This document shows, piece by piece, positions 20,101 to 27,416 of a stretch of DNA of 64,000 nt. Position numbers and translations under genes: made by a program. The stretch lies in NCBI GenBank assembly GCA_045655865.1, contig JAZOQB010000046.1, positions 27,504-91,503 on the forward strand. Reading direction: 5' to 3'. The stretch comes from Eubacteriales bacterium (GTDB lineage: Bacteria; Bacillota; Clostridia; Oscillospirales; SIG627). The notes below the pieces were generated by a model that did no database searches, was not told where the DNA came from, and worked only from the letters and a program-made list of their open reading frames with translations. The stretch's first letter is position 1. The number at the start of each line of letters is the position of its first letter.

Positions 20101-21311
20101 GCGGCATGGGAAAACAAAGTTGAGACACCGGTTCCGGGCTGAGCACGAAGCAAAGTAAAATCGTTGGAAAGGATCTTTTGAAAAATTTTGTTTTGATTGA
20201 CATCCAGTTCAGGCTCGAAAGCTACAACCGTTTTCTGAGTCGCAACAGAAATTTTTTCTCCCGCAAGGATGGATTGCACCAAAGGTTCGTGGGAAAACTG
20301 ACGAACCAGAGCATGATACTCCGAAAAGCTTCCACTCTTCTTTTGTTCCCAAGTCCTGTCCAAAGCATAGCCCTCATCATCCAGGTAACGATCCGGTAAA
20401 TGGACCAGGCCCATGCTTCTCGCGACAGAAAGATTTAAGAGCAGAACTTTTTCATCTGTAAGAAACAGTGAATTTCTGGAATAAAAGAGAGCGGAATCAA
20501 AATCCAGCTCACTACCATAGGCAAAGTAGCTTCCATCTAAAAGATACCAAGAATCAAAGTCCTTCTGACTTTTTGAAAAATGAGTAATAAGACCAGAGTT
20601 TTCAGCATCCCGAGAAATGCCGCAATACACCTTTCCCCTGCCTGCAAATGCCAAAACAGGAGAAAGCCCTAATCGCTCGCAAGCGGAGACAAAAAGGAGA
20701 GACAATTCCAGAGAATTTGCAAAACGGTCATGCAAAACCTTCTCCGGCAACCGAACAGGCAGCGGCATGGTTCCGGAATAATCTTCAGAAGAATAAGTGA
20801 TTTTTCTCTCTTTGATTTTCTCATAAAGAACACGGCAGATCTCAAGGGGTTGTGTTACTTCCGGAGACGGGAGAATCTCTTCAAGTTCCTTTTGAGTAGG
20901 AGTAACGAAAAAGCTGACTGTCTCCAGCATATCTCCCACGCCGGAAAAATAGTAATACGGAAGAATTTTACAGGGTATTTCTGTCTGTGCGATCAGGTCA
21001 TTTTCTGCGTTGAGAACGCGAATGGAAATGCTGATATCTAAAATACTTTTTTGCGCGGCAAGAGCTAAATCTCTTAATTGGATAAAATCACCGGAAAGAA
21101 AAGCACAACCGGAGGGCGCCAAAAAATCGACAACACATTCGCCCTGGCAAAGGGCGTTCGGCGTTGCCAGCACTTGGACAGTCAGACCGGAAAGTTTTTG
21201 ATCTGTTAGATTTTCCAGATACAGCGAATCAAAAAGATCGAATCCGGCATGATACATTCCATAGCTATAAAGATGTTTGTAGTTGCATTTGATTTTCAAC
21301 CAATCATCCAT
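17133..21311 (-). CDS. 1392-aa SF1 (Upf1/DNA2-type, DUF4011/AAA_11/AAA_12-like) helicase homolog with a C-terminal Vsr/DUF559-type nuclease fold; catalytic motifs appear degenerate
   Basis: Helicase 1A context VNQNK...LLRAQPGTGVSTLF...GKSVLYITD (20118-20144), motif II context FDYVLIESRNS (18288-18320), LGVVTATPEQ, and the C-terminal RGYRVILGLQSGRYYIDLAVV...LLGILSDQ...GWQIYRLRS. ATG 21311 with GGAG upstream and its own promoter. Confidence 0.6.
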   Translation of the reverse strand: MDDWLKIKCNYKHLYSYGMYHAGFDLFDSLYLENLTDQKLSGLTVQVLATPNALCQGECVVDFLAPSGCAFLSGDFIQLRDLALAAQKSILDISISIRVLNAENDLIAQTEIPCKILPYYYFSGVGDMLETVSFFVTPTQKELEEILPSPEVTQPLEICRVLYEKIKERKITYSSEDYSGTMPLPVRLPEKVLHDRFANSLELSLLFVSACERLGLSPVLAFAGRGKVYCGISRDAENSGLITHFSKSQKDFDSWYLLDGSYFAYGSELDFDSALFYSRNSLFLTDEKVLLLNLSVARSMGLVHLPDRYLDDEGYALDRTWEQKKSGSFSEYHALVRQFSHEPLVQSILAGEKISVATQKTVVAFEPELDVNQNKIFQKILSNDFTLLRAQPGTGVSTLFSHAAAAAMKSGKSVLYITDPHYHADDFSKVLEKQFHPIFVWNLFRDGNKRYVKSDFKAAFSPDPSAFDDKKEMQSQLDSMDAYYLNLEGEKRIVSSFLMATDRFHQLRDANDSIHFSPEQIGMLSDEMVGTWFSTANEILQSYTEIGTVIENPLRLVAQKNFSYEYKSKLTRQLEEVLHSIEALSLVRDQILPSFSSLDGLLAGDIFFAFLDLTRLFSEFVTVPETFFENPEVVEDHFRKVAQLIQAKKENDAITDSIQISFDPHVFDLDASDLYARYQALEDKGLIAMSQRHGILKSVKRYLKPNCDVENAEYILSRLDLFQKNVALIQAESEFVFRLLSVPFADDDASWDALQVAADLCYQCYSIFRPKFSTSLLPSFVSEFCRAKNNGLTEKLAQLRDLGERYQAGKKELEITLSNSIDLFYPQALGREQDYFSVIYHVLSAVLSETERLKGWCGWLTAREKALRVGMKNLVLAVEGGKILPEELSRGFLRAFFQAVCEYNFLSHPELIPGNFDFSEHQRGFENAFRGYSSKRREEMNSILSLRAFDALFEIQEETFDPESLFREKPEAFSRLFPCVIADLSQAKSLFENCRNVFDYVLIESRNSIPLADLLFAFSAGKHVAFAGGFSANRRREGEVFDLSSSGFDYLWKVTDEKYSLSSVYRAAPNYTVIRSGYAAGLRGDSRCYTIPAPAFYSCAHWIQVPGTFGGEYPGANFFEAEKAVELLLDFAAKEEKKSLGVVTATPEQKELILQLLTKRLRDDETLQGFFATPHRFIVTHANENLPCCDCILFSTVFAPDRSIHGSRLPYSFLEFGGKDPKRTVLHILSSARESITVLSSFKSEELKCTPTTLPVVSAFALLFDVICAHRVNNSFAVVDAMEGTSYINRLAEELENRGYRVILGLQSGRYYIDLAVVSPRMEFLLGILSDQTVLNQKANVSAIEMANTRRMTSCGWQIYRLRSANCFVSFDREVEKILEILGPFEEGSQLE

Positions 21312-21340
21312 ACGGTAAGCTCCAGACGTAAATTCTATTT

Positions 21341-21369
21341 ATTCTATCACAAATTTAGTTTTCAGTCAA
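21341..21369 (-). promoter_or_regulatory. Sigma-A-type promoter of the 1392-aa gene
   Basis: Minus strand: TTGACT (21369-21364), 17 nt, TAGAAT (21346-21341) with an extended TG. Confidence 0.55.
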
Positions 21370-21395
21370 TATTCGATCTATTTTCTCTTTTTCAT

Positions 21396-21428
21396 AAAAA
21401 AGCGCGGTGCTTTGCACCGCGCTTTTCT
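21396..21428 (-). terminator. Terminator after the mntR-like gene
   Basis: AGCGCGGTGC (21401-21410) pairs with GCACCGCGCT (21414-21423), flanked by A/T runs. Confidence 0.7.
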
Positions 21429-21435
21429 TCAATTT

Positions 21436-21807
21436 TTAGGAGTGAAAAGCGTCCGCATGGTCTTTTAGAGCTCTAAAACTTGTTTCGCTGATCACGTGTT
21501 CAATCTTGCAAGCATCCTGTGCTGCCACGTTTTCCGGGACACCGAGTTTCACAAAAAAATTAGTCAGAATGGTATGTCGCTCATACATCTGCTCGGCAAT
21601 CATCTGTCCTTCCGGTGTCAATGTAATGAAGCCGTCAACAGAAACGCTGATCAGATTTGCATTTTTCAGCAGTCCCATCGCGCGTGAAACGCTGGGCTTG
21701 GAATAGCCGGTGAAGGCAGCCACATCGATGGCACGCACATTCGCCTTTGTTTGGATCAAAAGAAAGATACTCTCCAGATACATTTCCCCTGATTCTTGTA
21801 TTTTCAT
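21436..21807 (-). CDS. DtxR/MntR-family metal-dependent transcriptional repressor
   Basis: 123 aa. MKIQESGEMYLESIFLL...VRAIDVAAFTGYSKPSVSRAMGLLKNANLI is a DtxR-type wHTH followed by a dimerisation helix. SD AAGGAGTGG. Confidence 0.8.
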   Translation of the reverse strand: MKIQESGEMYLESIFLLIQTKANVRAIDVAAFTGYSKPSVSRAMGLLKNANLISVSVDGFITLTPEGQMIAEQMYERHTILTNFFVKLGVPENVAAQDACKIEHVISETSFRALKDHADAFHS

Positions 21808-21992
21808 GGTCCACTCCTTATGTTTTACTTGATTTTCTGTATCATTTCATTACAAAAGTATAAGGACAAATTATTATAACACTTTTTTGCGATGTTGTCC
21901 ACACGCATTTTTCACATATTAACCAAAAGAAGGCACCTTGACCTCTTGTGTTTTTCTTCTTTCAAAAATTCCTGCCAAAGCGCATAGGAGCA

Positions 21993-22021
21993 TTGACTTT
22001 TTTTCCCACTTCTATTATAAT
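21993..22021 (+). promoter_or_regulatory. Sigma-A-type promoter for the Wzy_C-like gene and maf
   Basis: TTGACT (21993-21998), 17 nt, TATAAT (22016-22021). Confidence 0.6.
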
Positions 22022-22078
22022 TATTAAGAAAATCATTCAAAAATTTGAAATTTCTTTTTAATTTTTTACGGAGCCGAT

Positions 22079-23305
22079 ATGAACACACTGAAAGGATACT
22101 GGTCAAGGGGACGCGAAGTGTTTTCTCGACTTTCAGTAAATGACTGGGTCATTTTACTGTTTGTTTTTTCCACTTTTGTCTCTGTTTTTCTACAAGCAGC
22201 GTTCATATTTCTGCTCCCTTTTTATTTTTTGCTAACAAAGCAAGGGAAGAAAGCGCTTCCGAAGAAAAAAGTTGACTACTTGCTTTTGATCTTCGCCATG
22301 GTAGCTGTCCTATCCACCTTCCTTTTTGCCAAAGACGCTACAATAAATGACTTTCAGATCCGTGCATTCCATCTCAAACTTTTAAGCCTGGGCGTGGTGG
22401 TTTTGGTTTTTGACATTTACTTTTTTATCGAAGTGATGAACAAGCGACTGTTTCGCTTGGGCTTACAACTTTTCTCACTTCTCAGCGTCTCAAGCTTTCT
22501 CGTGGCACAATTTCAAAAGATTTTTGAAATCTATCCGGACCCGGTGAATCGCCCCGGTCGGGTTGCTTCCGTTTTCATGAATGAAAACTATTTTGGAACG
22601 GTAATTGAGTTTGTTTCGCTCATTACTTTATATTTGTTCTGCCAGGCTTGCAATCGGAAACATCGGATCGTTTACGGAATCGTTTTACTTCTTAATATCA
22701 TAGGACTCTGGTACTGCCAGTGCCGCACCGCTTTTATCGTGATCGCTGCCGCCTTCTTTGTATTTGTATTCATATACAAACGAAAGCTCTCCGGTTTTGT
22801 TCTCGGTTTTTTTGCTCTGATCGGACTACTTCTTTTGCAATATCCTTCCCTTCTTCCCCGTTTTGAGTCTGCATCCTCCTACTTGGATTTTCGCATTGGA
22901 ATTTGGCAGACGGCCTTCCGTAGCATTACCGACAACCTTTTGATCGGACGAGGATATTTTAGTTATAGTTCTGCTTGGATCGAATATTTTTCCGAAACCT
23001 ATTACCCAGCCATACACGCCCACAATCTTTACATTGAGATCCTTTTAAATTTTGGATTAATTGGAGCGATCTGTCTTGGCAGCTTTGTCATGATCTGTGC
23101 TGGCAAATGCATCAAGTGTTGCTTGCACGCGAAAGATAAGCTGTCTCTAGCGCTTGTGTTTTCAACCATTACCGCTATTTTCGTTCACGGGCTGGCTGAC
23201 ACCACCATCTTTTGGCCTCAAACCGGGTTCTTTGTTGTGTTTTTGCTATCCTGTCCCCGAATCTATGGCAAAAAAACCAATCAGTGCGGAGAAAATTTAT
23301 CATGA
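22079..23305 (+). CDS. O-antigen ligase/polymerase family (Wzy_C-like) polytopic membrane protein
   Basis: 408 aa with about 10-12 TM helices and a periplasmic-loop-type segment, RGYFSY...IHAHNLYIEILLNFGLIG, characteristic of the family. Confidence 0.65.
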   Translation: MNTLKGYWSRGREVFSRLSVNDWVILLFVFSTFVSVFLQAAFIFLLPFYFLLTKQGKKALPKKKVDYLLLIFAMVAVLSTFLFAKDATINDFQIRAFHLKLLSLGVVVLVFDIYFFIEVMNKRLFRLGLQLFSLLSVSSFLVAQFQKIFEIYPDPVNRPGRVASVFMNENYFGTVIEFVSLITLYLFCQACNRKHRIVYGIVLLLNIIGLWYCQCRTAFIVIAAAFFVFVFIYKRKLSGFVLGFFALIGLLLLQYPSLLPRFESASSYLDFRIGIWQTAFRSITDNLLIGRGYFSYSSAWIEYFSETYYPAIHAHNLYIEILLNFGLIGAICLGSFVMICAGKCIKCCLHAKDKLSLALVFSTITAIFVHGLADTTIFWPQTGFFVVFLLSCPRIYGKKTNQCGENLS

Positions 23306-23874
23306 AGATCATATTGGCATCGGCCTCTCCAAGAAGACAGGAGCTTCTCAAGCGACTTTATTCAGACTTTGTTTTAGAACCGGCGGATATCGATGAATCG
23401 CTTCCGGAAGATATCAGTCCGGAATTTGCGCCGGTTTTTCTCGCCGCGCAAAAAGCACAGGCAATCGCTTCTCGCCACCCAGAGGATATGGTCATCGCCG
23501 CCGACACGGTGGTAGTCTGCGATCATCGAATCATGGGAAAACCCATTGATGAAAACGATGCCAGAGAAATGCTTAAAACGCTATCCGGTCGCACGCACAA
23601 GGTGATTACCGGATGCTGTATTCAGATCGGTAAACAGTCCACCGCTTTTTCTGAAGAAAGCTACGTTACCTTCTACCCTCTGGACGAGAATGAAATCGAG
23701 GAATACCTTTCCTCCGGTGAGCCCATGGGTAAAGCCGGGGCCTATGGAATTCAAGGTCTTGGAGCATTTTTGGTTCAAAAGATTGAAGGCGATTTTTACA
23801 ATATAGTTGGCTTCCCCATCGCTCGGCTCCGCCGAGAAATCCGCGATCTACTGAGCGGGTCGCCGGCAAATTAA
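23302..23874 (+). CDS. maf: Maf-family nucleoside triphosphate pyrophosphatase (septum formation protein)
   Basis: ORF track 23212..23874, start moved to ATG 23302 (MKIILASASPRRQELL...), which overlaps the upstream stop as ATGA. Confidence 0.9.
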   Translation: MKIILASASPRRQELLKRLYSDFVLEPADIDESLPEDISPEFAPVFLAAQKAQAIASRHPEDMVIAADTVVVCDHRIMGKPIDENDAREMLKTLSGRTHKVITGCCIQIGKQSTAFSEESYVTFYPLDENEIEEYLSSGEPMGKAGAYGIQGLGAFLVQKIEGDFYNIVGFPIARLRREIRDLLSGSPAN

Positions 23875-23897
23875 AAAAGAGCGTCAAGCTCTTTTTT
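23873..23897. terminator. Bidirectional terminator between convergent maf and the DUF45 gene
   Basis: AAAAAGAGC-GTCAA-GCTCTTTTTT. Confidence 0.65.
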
Positions 23898-23901
23898 ATG
23901 T

Positions 23902-24438
23902 TTAATTTTCATCAACAATGGGAAGGATCGCATCTTTCAGTTCCAGTTCCAATGCTTTCCAATCCGGTATAATACTTTCTAATAAATGATAAAAACGCTG
24001 GGAATGATTATGTTCTCGGGTATGACAGAGCTCGTGAACAATCACATAATCGACCAGCCTTTGAGGAAAAAGCGCCAGATAAAGGGTGAATGAAAGATCG
24101 TTTTTACCGCTGCAGCTACCAAAGCGGTGCCGAGCGGAAGTGATGGTTATCCTTCCAAAAGGCAATCCGGTCATCTCGGACCAAAAGTGTACCCTTGGTA
24201 AGATCTTCTCCTTCGCCAAGACCCGCAGTTCTTCGCGTCGGGCGCAGGTGATGCGTTCAGGCGTCGGACGATTCCGAAGTTTCTCCTGCCATTTTCGAAT
24301 CCAAGACGCTTTATCTTGAACAAAGTTTTTGATTTTCTCTTCCGAAACGGCGTATGGTGCGCGCACCAAGACCCTTCCATCCTCTTTAATTTCAATGGCA
24401 ATGGTTTTTCGCCGGGATCGGATATATTCAAATTCCAT
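23902..24438 (-). CDS. YgjP-like (DUF45/M48-related) zinc metallohydrolase
   Basis: The ORF track opens at GTG 24447; ATG 24438 sits 6 nt after GAGGGGTG. HEXXH is present as VHELCHTREHNHS. Confidence 0.8.
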   Translation of the reverse strand: MEFEYIRSRRKTIAIEIKEDGRVLVRAPYAVSEEKIKNFVQDKASWIRKWQEKLRNRPTPERITCARREELRVLAKEKILPRVHFWSEMTGLPFGRITITSARHRFGSCSGKNDLSFTLYLALFPQRLVDYVIVHELCHTREHNHSQRFYHLLESIIPDWKALELELKDAILPIVDEN

Positions 24439-24535
24439 TCTGTTCACCCCTCTTTGTCATTATAGAAAAAACAAAACAACATTTCAAGCTATAAATGGAG
24501 ATATCAATCAACAAATCCAGAATTTAGGAGTTAAC

Positions 24536-25354
24536 ATGAAAAGACTGGCCATATTTTTCTTATTGCCTTTGACATTGCTCTGTCTTTCCTGCTCCGCATC
24601 CACTTCTCCATCTGAACTGATTTGTGTTGATATACTTAATGTTGGAAAAGCAGATTGTATTGTGATTTCTGCAGGGGACGAGAGAATGATGATCGATACC
24701 GGAGAAGAAGAAAATCTTCCGGAAATATTAAGTTATCTCCAACAAGAAAAGATTCAGCGGATCGATAAATTGATCTTAACTCATTTTGACAAAGACCACA
24801 TTGGCGGTGCCGCAAAAATCCTTTCTATCATTGATGTAGGAGAGGTAATCCAATCTTCATTTTCTTCTTCACGTAAGGAATTTTCAGACTATCACTCGGT
24901 GATGCAAAATCAAGGTTTTTCTCCTAAAATTCTCAAAGAAGCGTATTCTTTTTTTCTGGGTGAGTGTGCGGTTACGGTATTTCCTCCGAAAAAGGAACAG
25001 TACGCAAGAAAAGAGGATAATAATGCCTCTTTGATCGTCTCTGTCGAATGTAAAAACACGCGATTCCTTTTCTGCGGTGATGCCATGGAAGAGAGGCTTG
25101 AAGAGTGGACCTTGGGTGAACACGGTGTCTATTCCTTTGTTAAACTTCCCTATCACGGAAATTATCTTGAAAATTATTCGGAATTTTTAGACTCCACCTC
25201 ACCTCAATTTGCCGCAATTTGCTCCTCGAAAAAAAATCCAGCGTCGGAACAGACCTTAAAGCTTTTACAAAAACGAGGAATCTCTTTTTATCAAACTCAA
25301 AACGGCTTGATCCATGTGCAAAGCGATGGCAACTCTATTTTAATCAATCAATAA
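24536..25354 (+). CDS. Secreted MBL-fold metallohydrolase lipoprotein (ComEC C-terminal-domain-like)
   Basis: ORF track 24329..25354, start moved to ATG 24536 (SD TTAGGAG). MKRLAIFFLLPLTLLCLSC is a lipobox, with LNVGKADC...ILTHFDKDHIGGA...LPYHGN downstream. Confidence 0.75.
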   Translation: MKRLAIFFLLPLTLLCLSCSASTSPSELICVDILNVGKADCIVISAGDERMMIDTGEEENLPEILSYLQQEKIQRIDKLILTHFDKDHIGGAAKILSIIDVGEVIQSSFSSSRKEFSDYHSVMQNQGFSPKILKEAYSFFLGECAVTVFPPKKEQYARKEDNNASLIVSVECKNTRFLFCGDAMEERLEEWTLGEHGVYSFVKLPYHGNYLENYSEFLDSTSPQFAAICSSKKNPASEQTLKLLQKRGISFYQTQNGLIHVQSDGNSILINQ

Positions 25355-25381
25355 AAAAAGCAGGACGACCCTGCTTTTTTC
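25354..25381 (+). terminator. Terminator after the MBL lipoprotein gene
   Basis: AAAAAAAGCAGG-ACGAC-CCTGCTTTTTT. Confidence 0.7.
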
Positions 25382-25431
25382 TTTGTCGAAATTTTTCTCC
25401 TTGCATATACTGAAAACAAGGAGGAATCGCC

Positions 25432-25767
25432 ATGATCGAGATCGTCTTATCGTTTTTTGCGGTGATCGGTATCACCCTGCTTACCGTGCGCATTTTTGAC
25501 ACCATCTTTTATCACAAAGTTCATGTTCGCCTGCCTTTGATTGTTGATCTGAGAGGAAAAACAGAAGAGGAAGCCATTGAGATCTTCGAATTGGTCGCAA
25601 GCGTACGTCAACGATGCAGCGGAAGGGCCGCCATCAGTGATTTAATCGTTCTCATTGAGCGAGGCGGAGCGATTCGCCGTGATACCGCTTATCACTATAT
25701 CAAGATCTTTGACTTGATCGGCACAGTGTATTCTGACGGCCAGGAAAGTTGGAAACAAGAGTTTTAG
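25432..25767 (+). CDS. Hypothetical small protein with an N-terminal TM helix
   Basis: 111 aa, strong SD AAGGAGGA. No family recognised. Confidence 0.5.
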   Translation: MIEIVLSFFAVIGITLLTVRIFDTIFYHKVHVRLPLIVDLRGKTEEEAIEIFELVASVRQRCSGRAAISDLIVLIERGGAIRRDTAYHYIKIFDLIGTVYSDGQESWKQEF

Positions 25768-26144
25768 AAAACGTCACCAAAAGATAGGCTAACCGACTCT
25801 TTAAAAACCATAACCGCTTTTTCAAACGATTTTTTTGCAATCATGTAATCCGAGAATGGCCCGGTTTGAGAAAGAATCTTCAATTCTTGAAGATGCTTAT
25901 CCACATCGTCCACCATTTCCCGTGGAAACGATAATTTAAATAGCAATCGATTTTTCTCAAATATGGCAACACAACGGTCAACTTTCTGTTGATTTTCGCA
26001 AGAAAGGAATCCATCTTCCGTTTCAGTAAAATTATCAGACTCTAACAAAAGCGCAGACGATGCCCGACGGATCAAAAAAGTGTTCCAGATGACGGCGAAA
26101 AAAACACAAGAGATAATCACAGTAGCGATCCAAAAAGACTTCAT
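25764..26144 (-). CDS. DUF4363-like small membrane-anchored protein
   Basis: 126 aa with an N-terminal TM helix. Its start overlaps the upstream DUF421 gene's stop codon (ATGA), the usual DUF421/DUF4363 pairing in Firmicutes (recall). Confidence 0.55.
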   Translation of the reverse strand: MKSFWIATVIISCVFFAVIWNTFLIRRASSALLLESDNFTETEDGFLSCENQQKVDRCVAIFEKNRLLFKLSFPREMVDDVDKHLQELKILSQTGPFSDYMIAKKSFEKAVMVFKESVSLSFGDVF

Positions 26145-26842
26145 GTTTTTTTCTTCTCCTTGAAAATGATTATAATTTCTCCCACAAAATTCGAAGCCAG
26201 GAGGAAGATATCCTTCTCGCTTTGAATTTTTTCTTTACGGAAAATGCCCTTTAACCACCTCTCGTCCTTCTGTATGGCATCCAGGGCCTTTCGATTGATC
26301 TTCCCATCCTCAATTAAAGCGACAGAATATCCTTTTTCTTCTGCTTGAATATTTAAATCCTCGCGCACCAACGGTTCTGCTTTTGAAAACGGTACTACGC
26401 TCAACTGGCCGTTTGGCTCCAAGATAGCATATTTTACTTGGCTAATATCGTAATACCCACACAGCCGAAGAAGACTGAACAGTTCATCAAGAGTCAAACG
26501 ATTTTTCAACAGTTGTTTTTCTAAAATGTTACCGTTTTGAATCAAAAAGCTTGGTTTAAAATCAAAAAGCTTCTTGATGACTGGAAATTTTACAGCAAAA
26601 AAAGAAATGATGACTTCAATGCATATCATCATAATAACGGGAAACAAACCGTAGAGTAAAGGAATACCGCTATCGGTAACGGTATAGGTCGCTAATTCGG
26701 AAAGAAAAAAAGCTGTCACAAGTTCTGACATCTGCATTTCCCCGACCTGTCGCTTTCCCATCATCTTCATTGAAAAAACAGTGAAAAAATAGATTAAGAA
26801 GAAACGAATAAATAAGTTCAGCATAATACTATTTTTATTCAC
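26141..26842 (-). CDS. DUF421 (YetF-like) membrane protein
   Basis: MGKRQVGEMQMSELVTAF plus 3 TM helices and a soluble C-terminal domain. The start is uncertain: GTG 26842 or ATG 26824, neither with a good SD. Confidence 0.7.
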   Translation of the reverse strand: MNKNSIMLNLFIRFFLIYFFTVFSMKMMGKRQVGEMQMSELVTAFFLSELATYTVTDSGIPLLYGLFPVIMMICIEVIISFFAVKFPVIKKLFDFKPSFLIQNGNILEKQLLKNRLTLDELFSLLRLCGYYDISQVKYAILEPNGQLSVVPFSKAEPLVREDLNIQAEEKGYSVALIEDGKINRKALDAIQKDERWLKGIFRKEKIQSEKDIFLLASNFVGEIIIIFKEKKKT

Positions 26843-26858
26843 TCATGAGAGAATATGC

Positions 26859-26888
26859 AAAAAGATCCGGCAAAAGCCGGATCTTTTT
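26859..26888 (-). terminator. Terminator-like hairpin after folA
   Basis: GATCCGG (26864-26870) pairs with CCGGATC (26877-26883), flanked by A and T runs. Confidence 0.7.
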
Positions 26889-26901
26889 CGTAGTATTAGG
26901 A

Positions 26902-27402
26902 TCAGAGGGATTGATTTTCATAAATAGAAAAAGAATATTTTAAGCCGTTTTTTGAACACATAACTTCTCCCGGATACGTCAGAACAAAATCAGGATCCCG
27001 GGAAAGATCCGGGAAGAATACATCGGCCTGTTTTTCCTCACAATAAATTTTAGTAACAAAGGCGCGTTTGCACTTTTTATAAAGCTGACGGTAGACACTA
27101 GCGCCGCCGATGACCAAAACCTCCTGAGAAGGCAAAGTGGAGACCTTATAAAGGAGCTCGTCAAGGCTATGAAAAACAGTGAGATTTTCATCATCTGGAA
27201 TTTGAGAATGAGTTAAAAGCAAATGATGACGTTGCGGAAGAGGCTTGCCGCCAGGAAAACTCAGCAGCGTGTTTTTCCCGCATACCACATATTTCCCGAC
27301 GGTCTTTTCACGAAAATATTTCATATCCTCCGGAATGCGGTATAACAGATCATTTCCTTTACCGATTCCCCAATTGAGATCAACTGCCACAATCAAGTCC
27401 AT
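26902..27402 (-). CDS. folA: Dihydrofolate reductase
   Basis: The ORF track opens at TTG 27420; ATG 27402 sits 5 nt after GGGAGGG. MDLIVAVDLNWGIGKGNDLLYRIPEDMKYFREKT. Confidence 0.9.
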   Translation of the reverse strand: MDLIVAVDLNWGIGKGNDLLYRIPEDMKYFREKTVGKYVVCGKNTLLSFPGGKPLPQRHHLLLTHSQIPDDENLTVFHSLDELLYKVSTLPSQEVLVIGGASVYRQLYKKCKRAFVTKIYCEEKQADVFFPDLSRDPDFVLTYPGEVMCSKNGLKYSFSIYENQSL

Positions 27403-27416
27403 AAAGCCCTCCCAAA

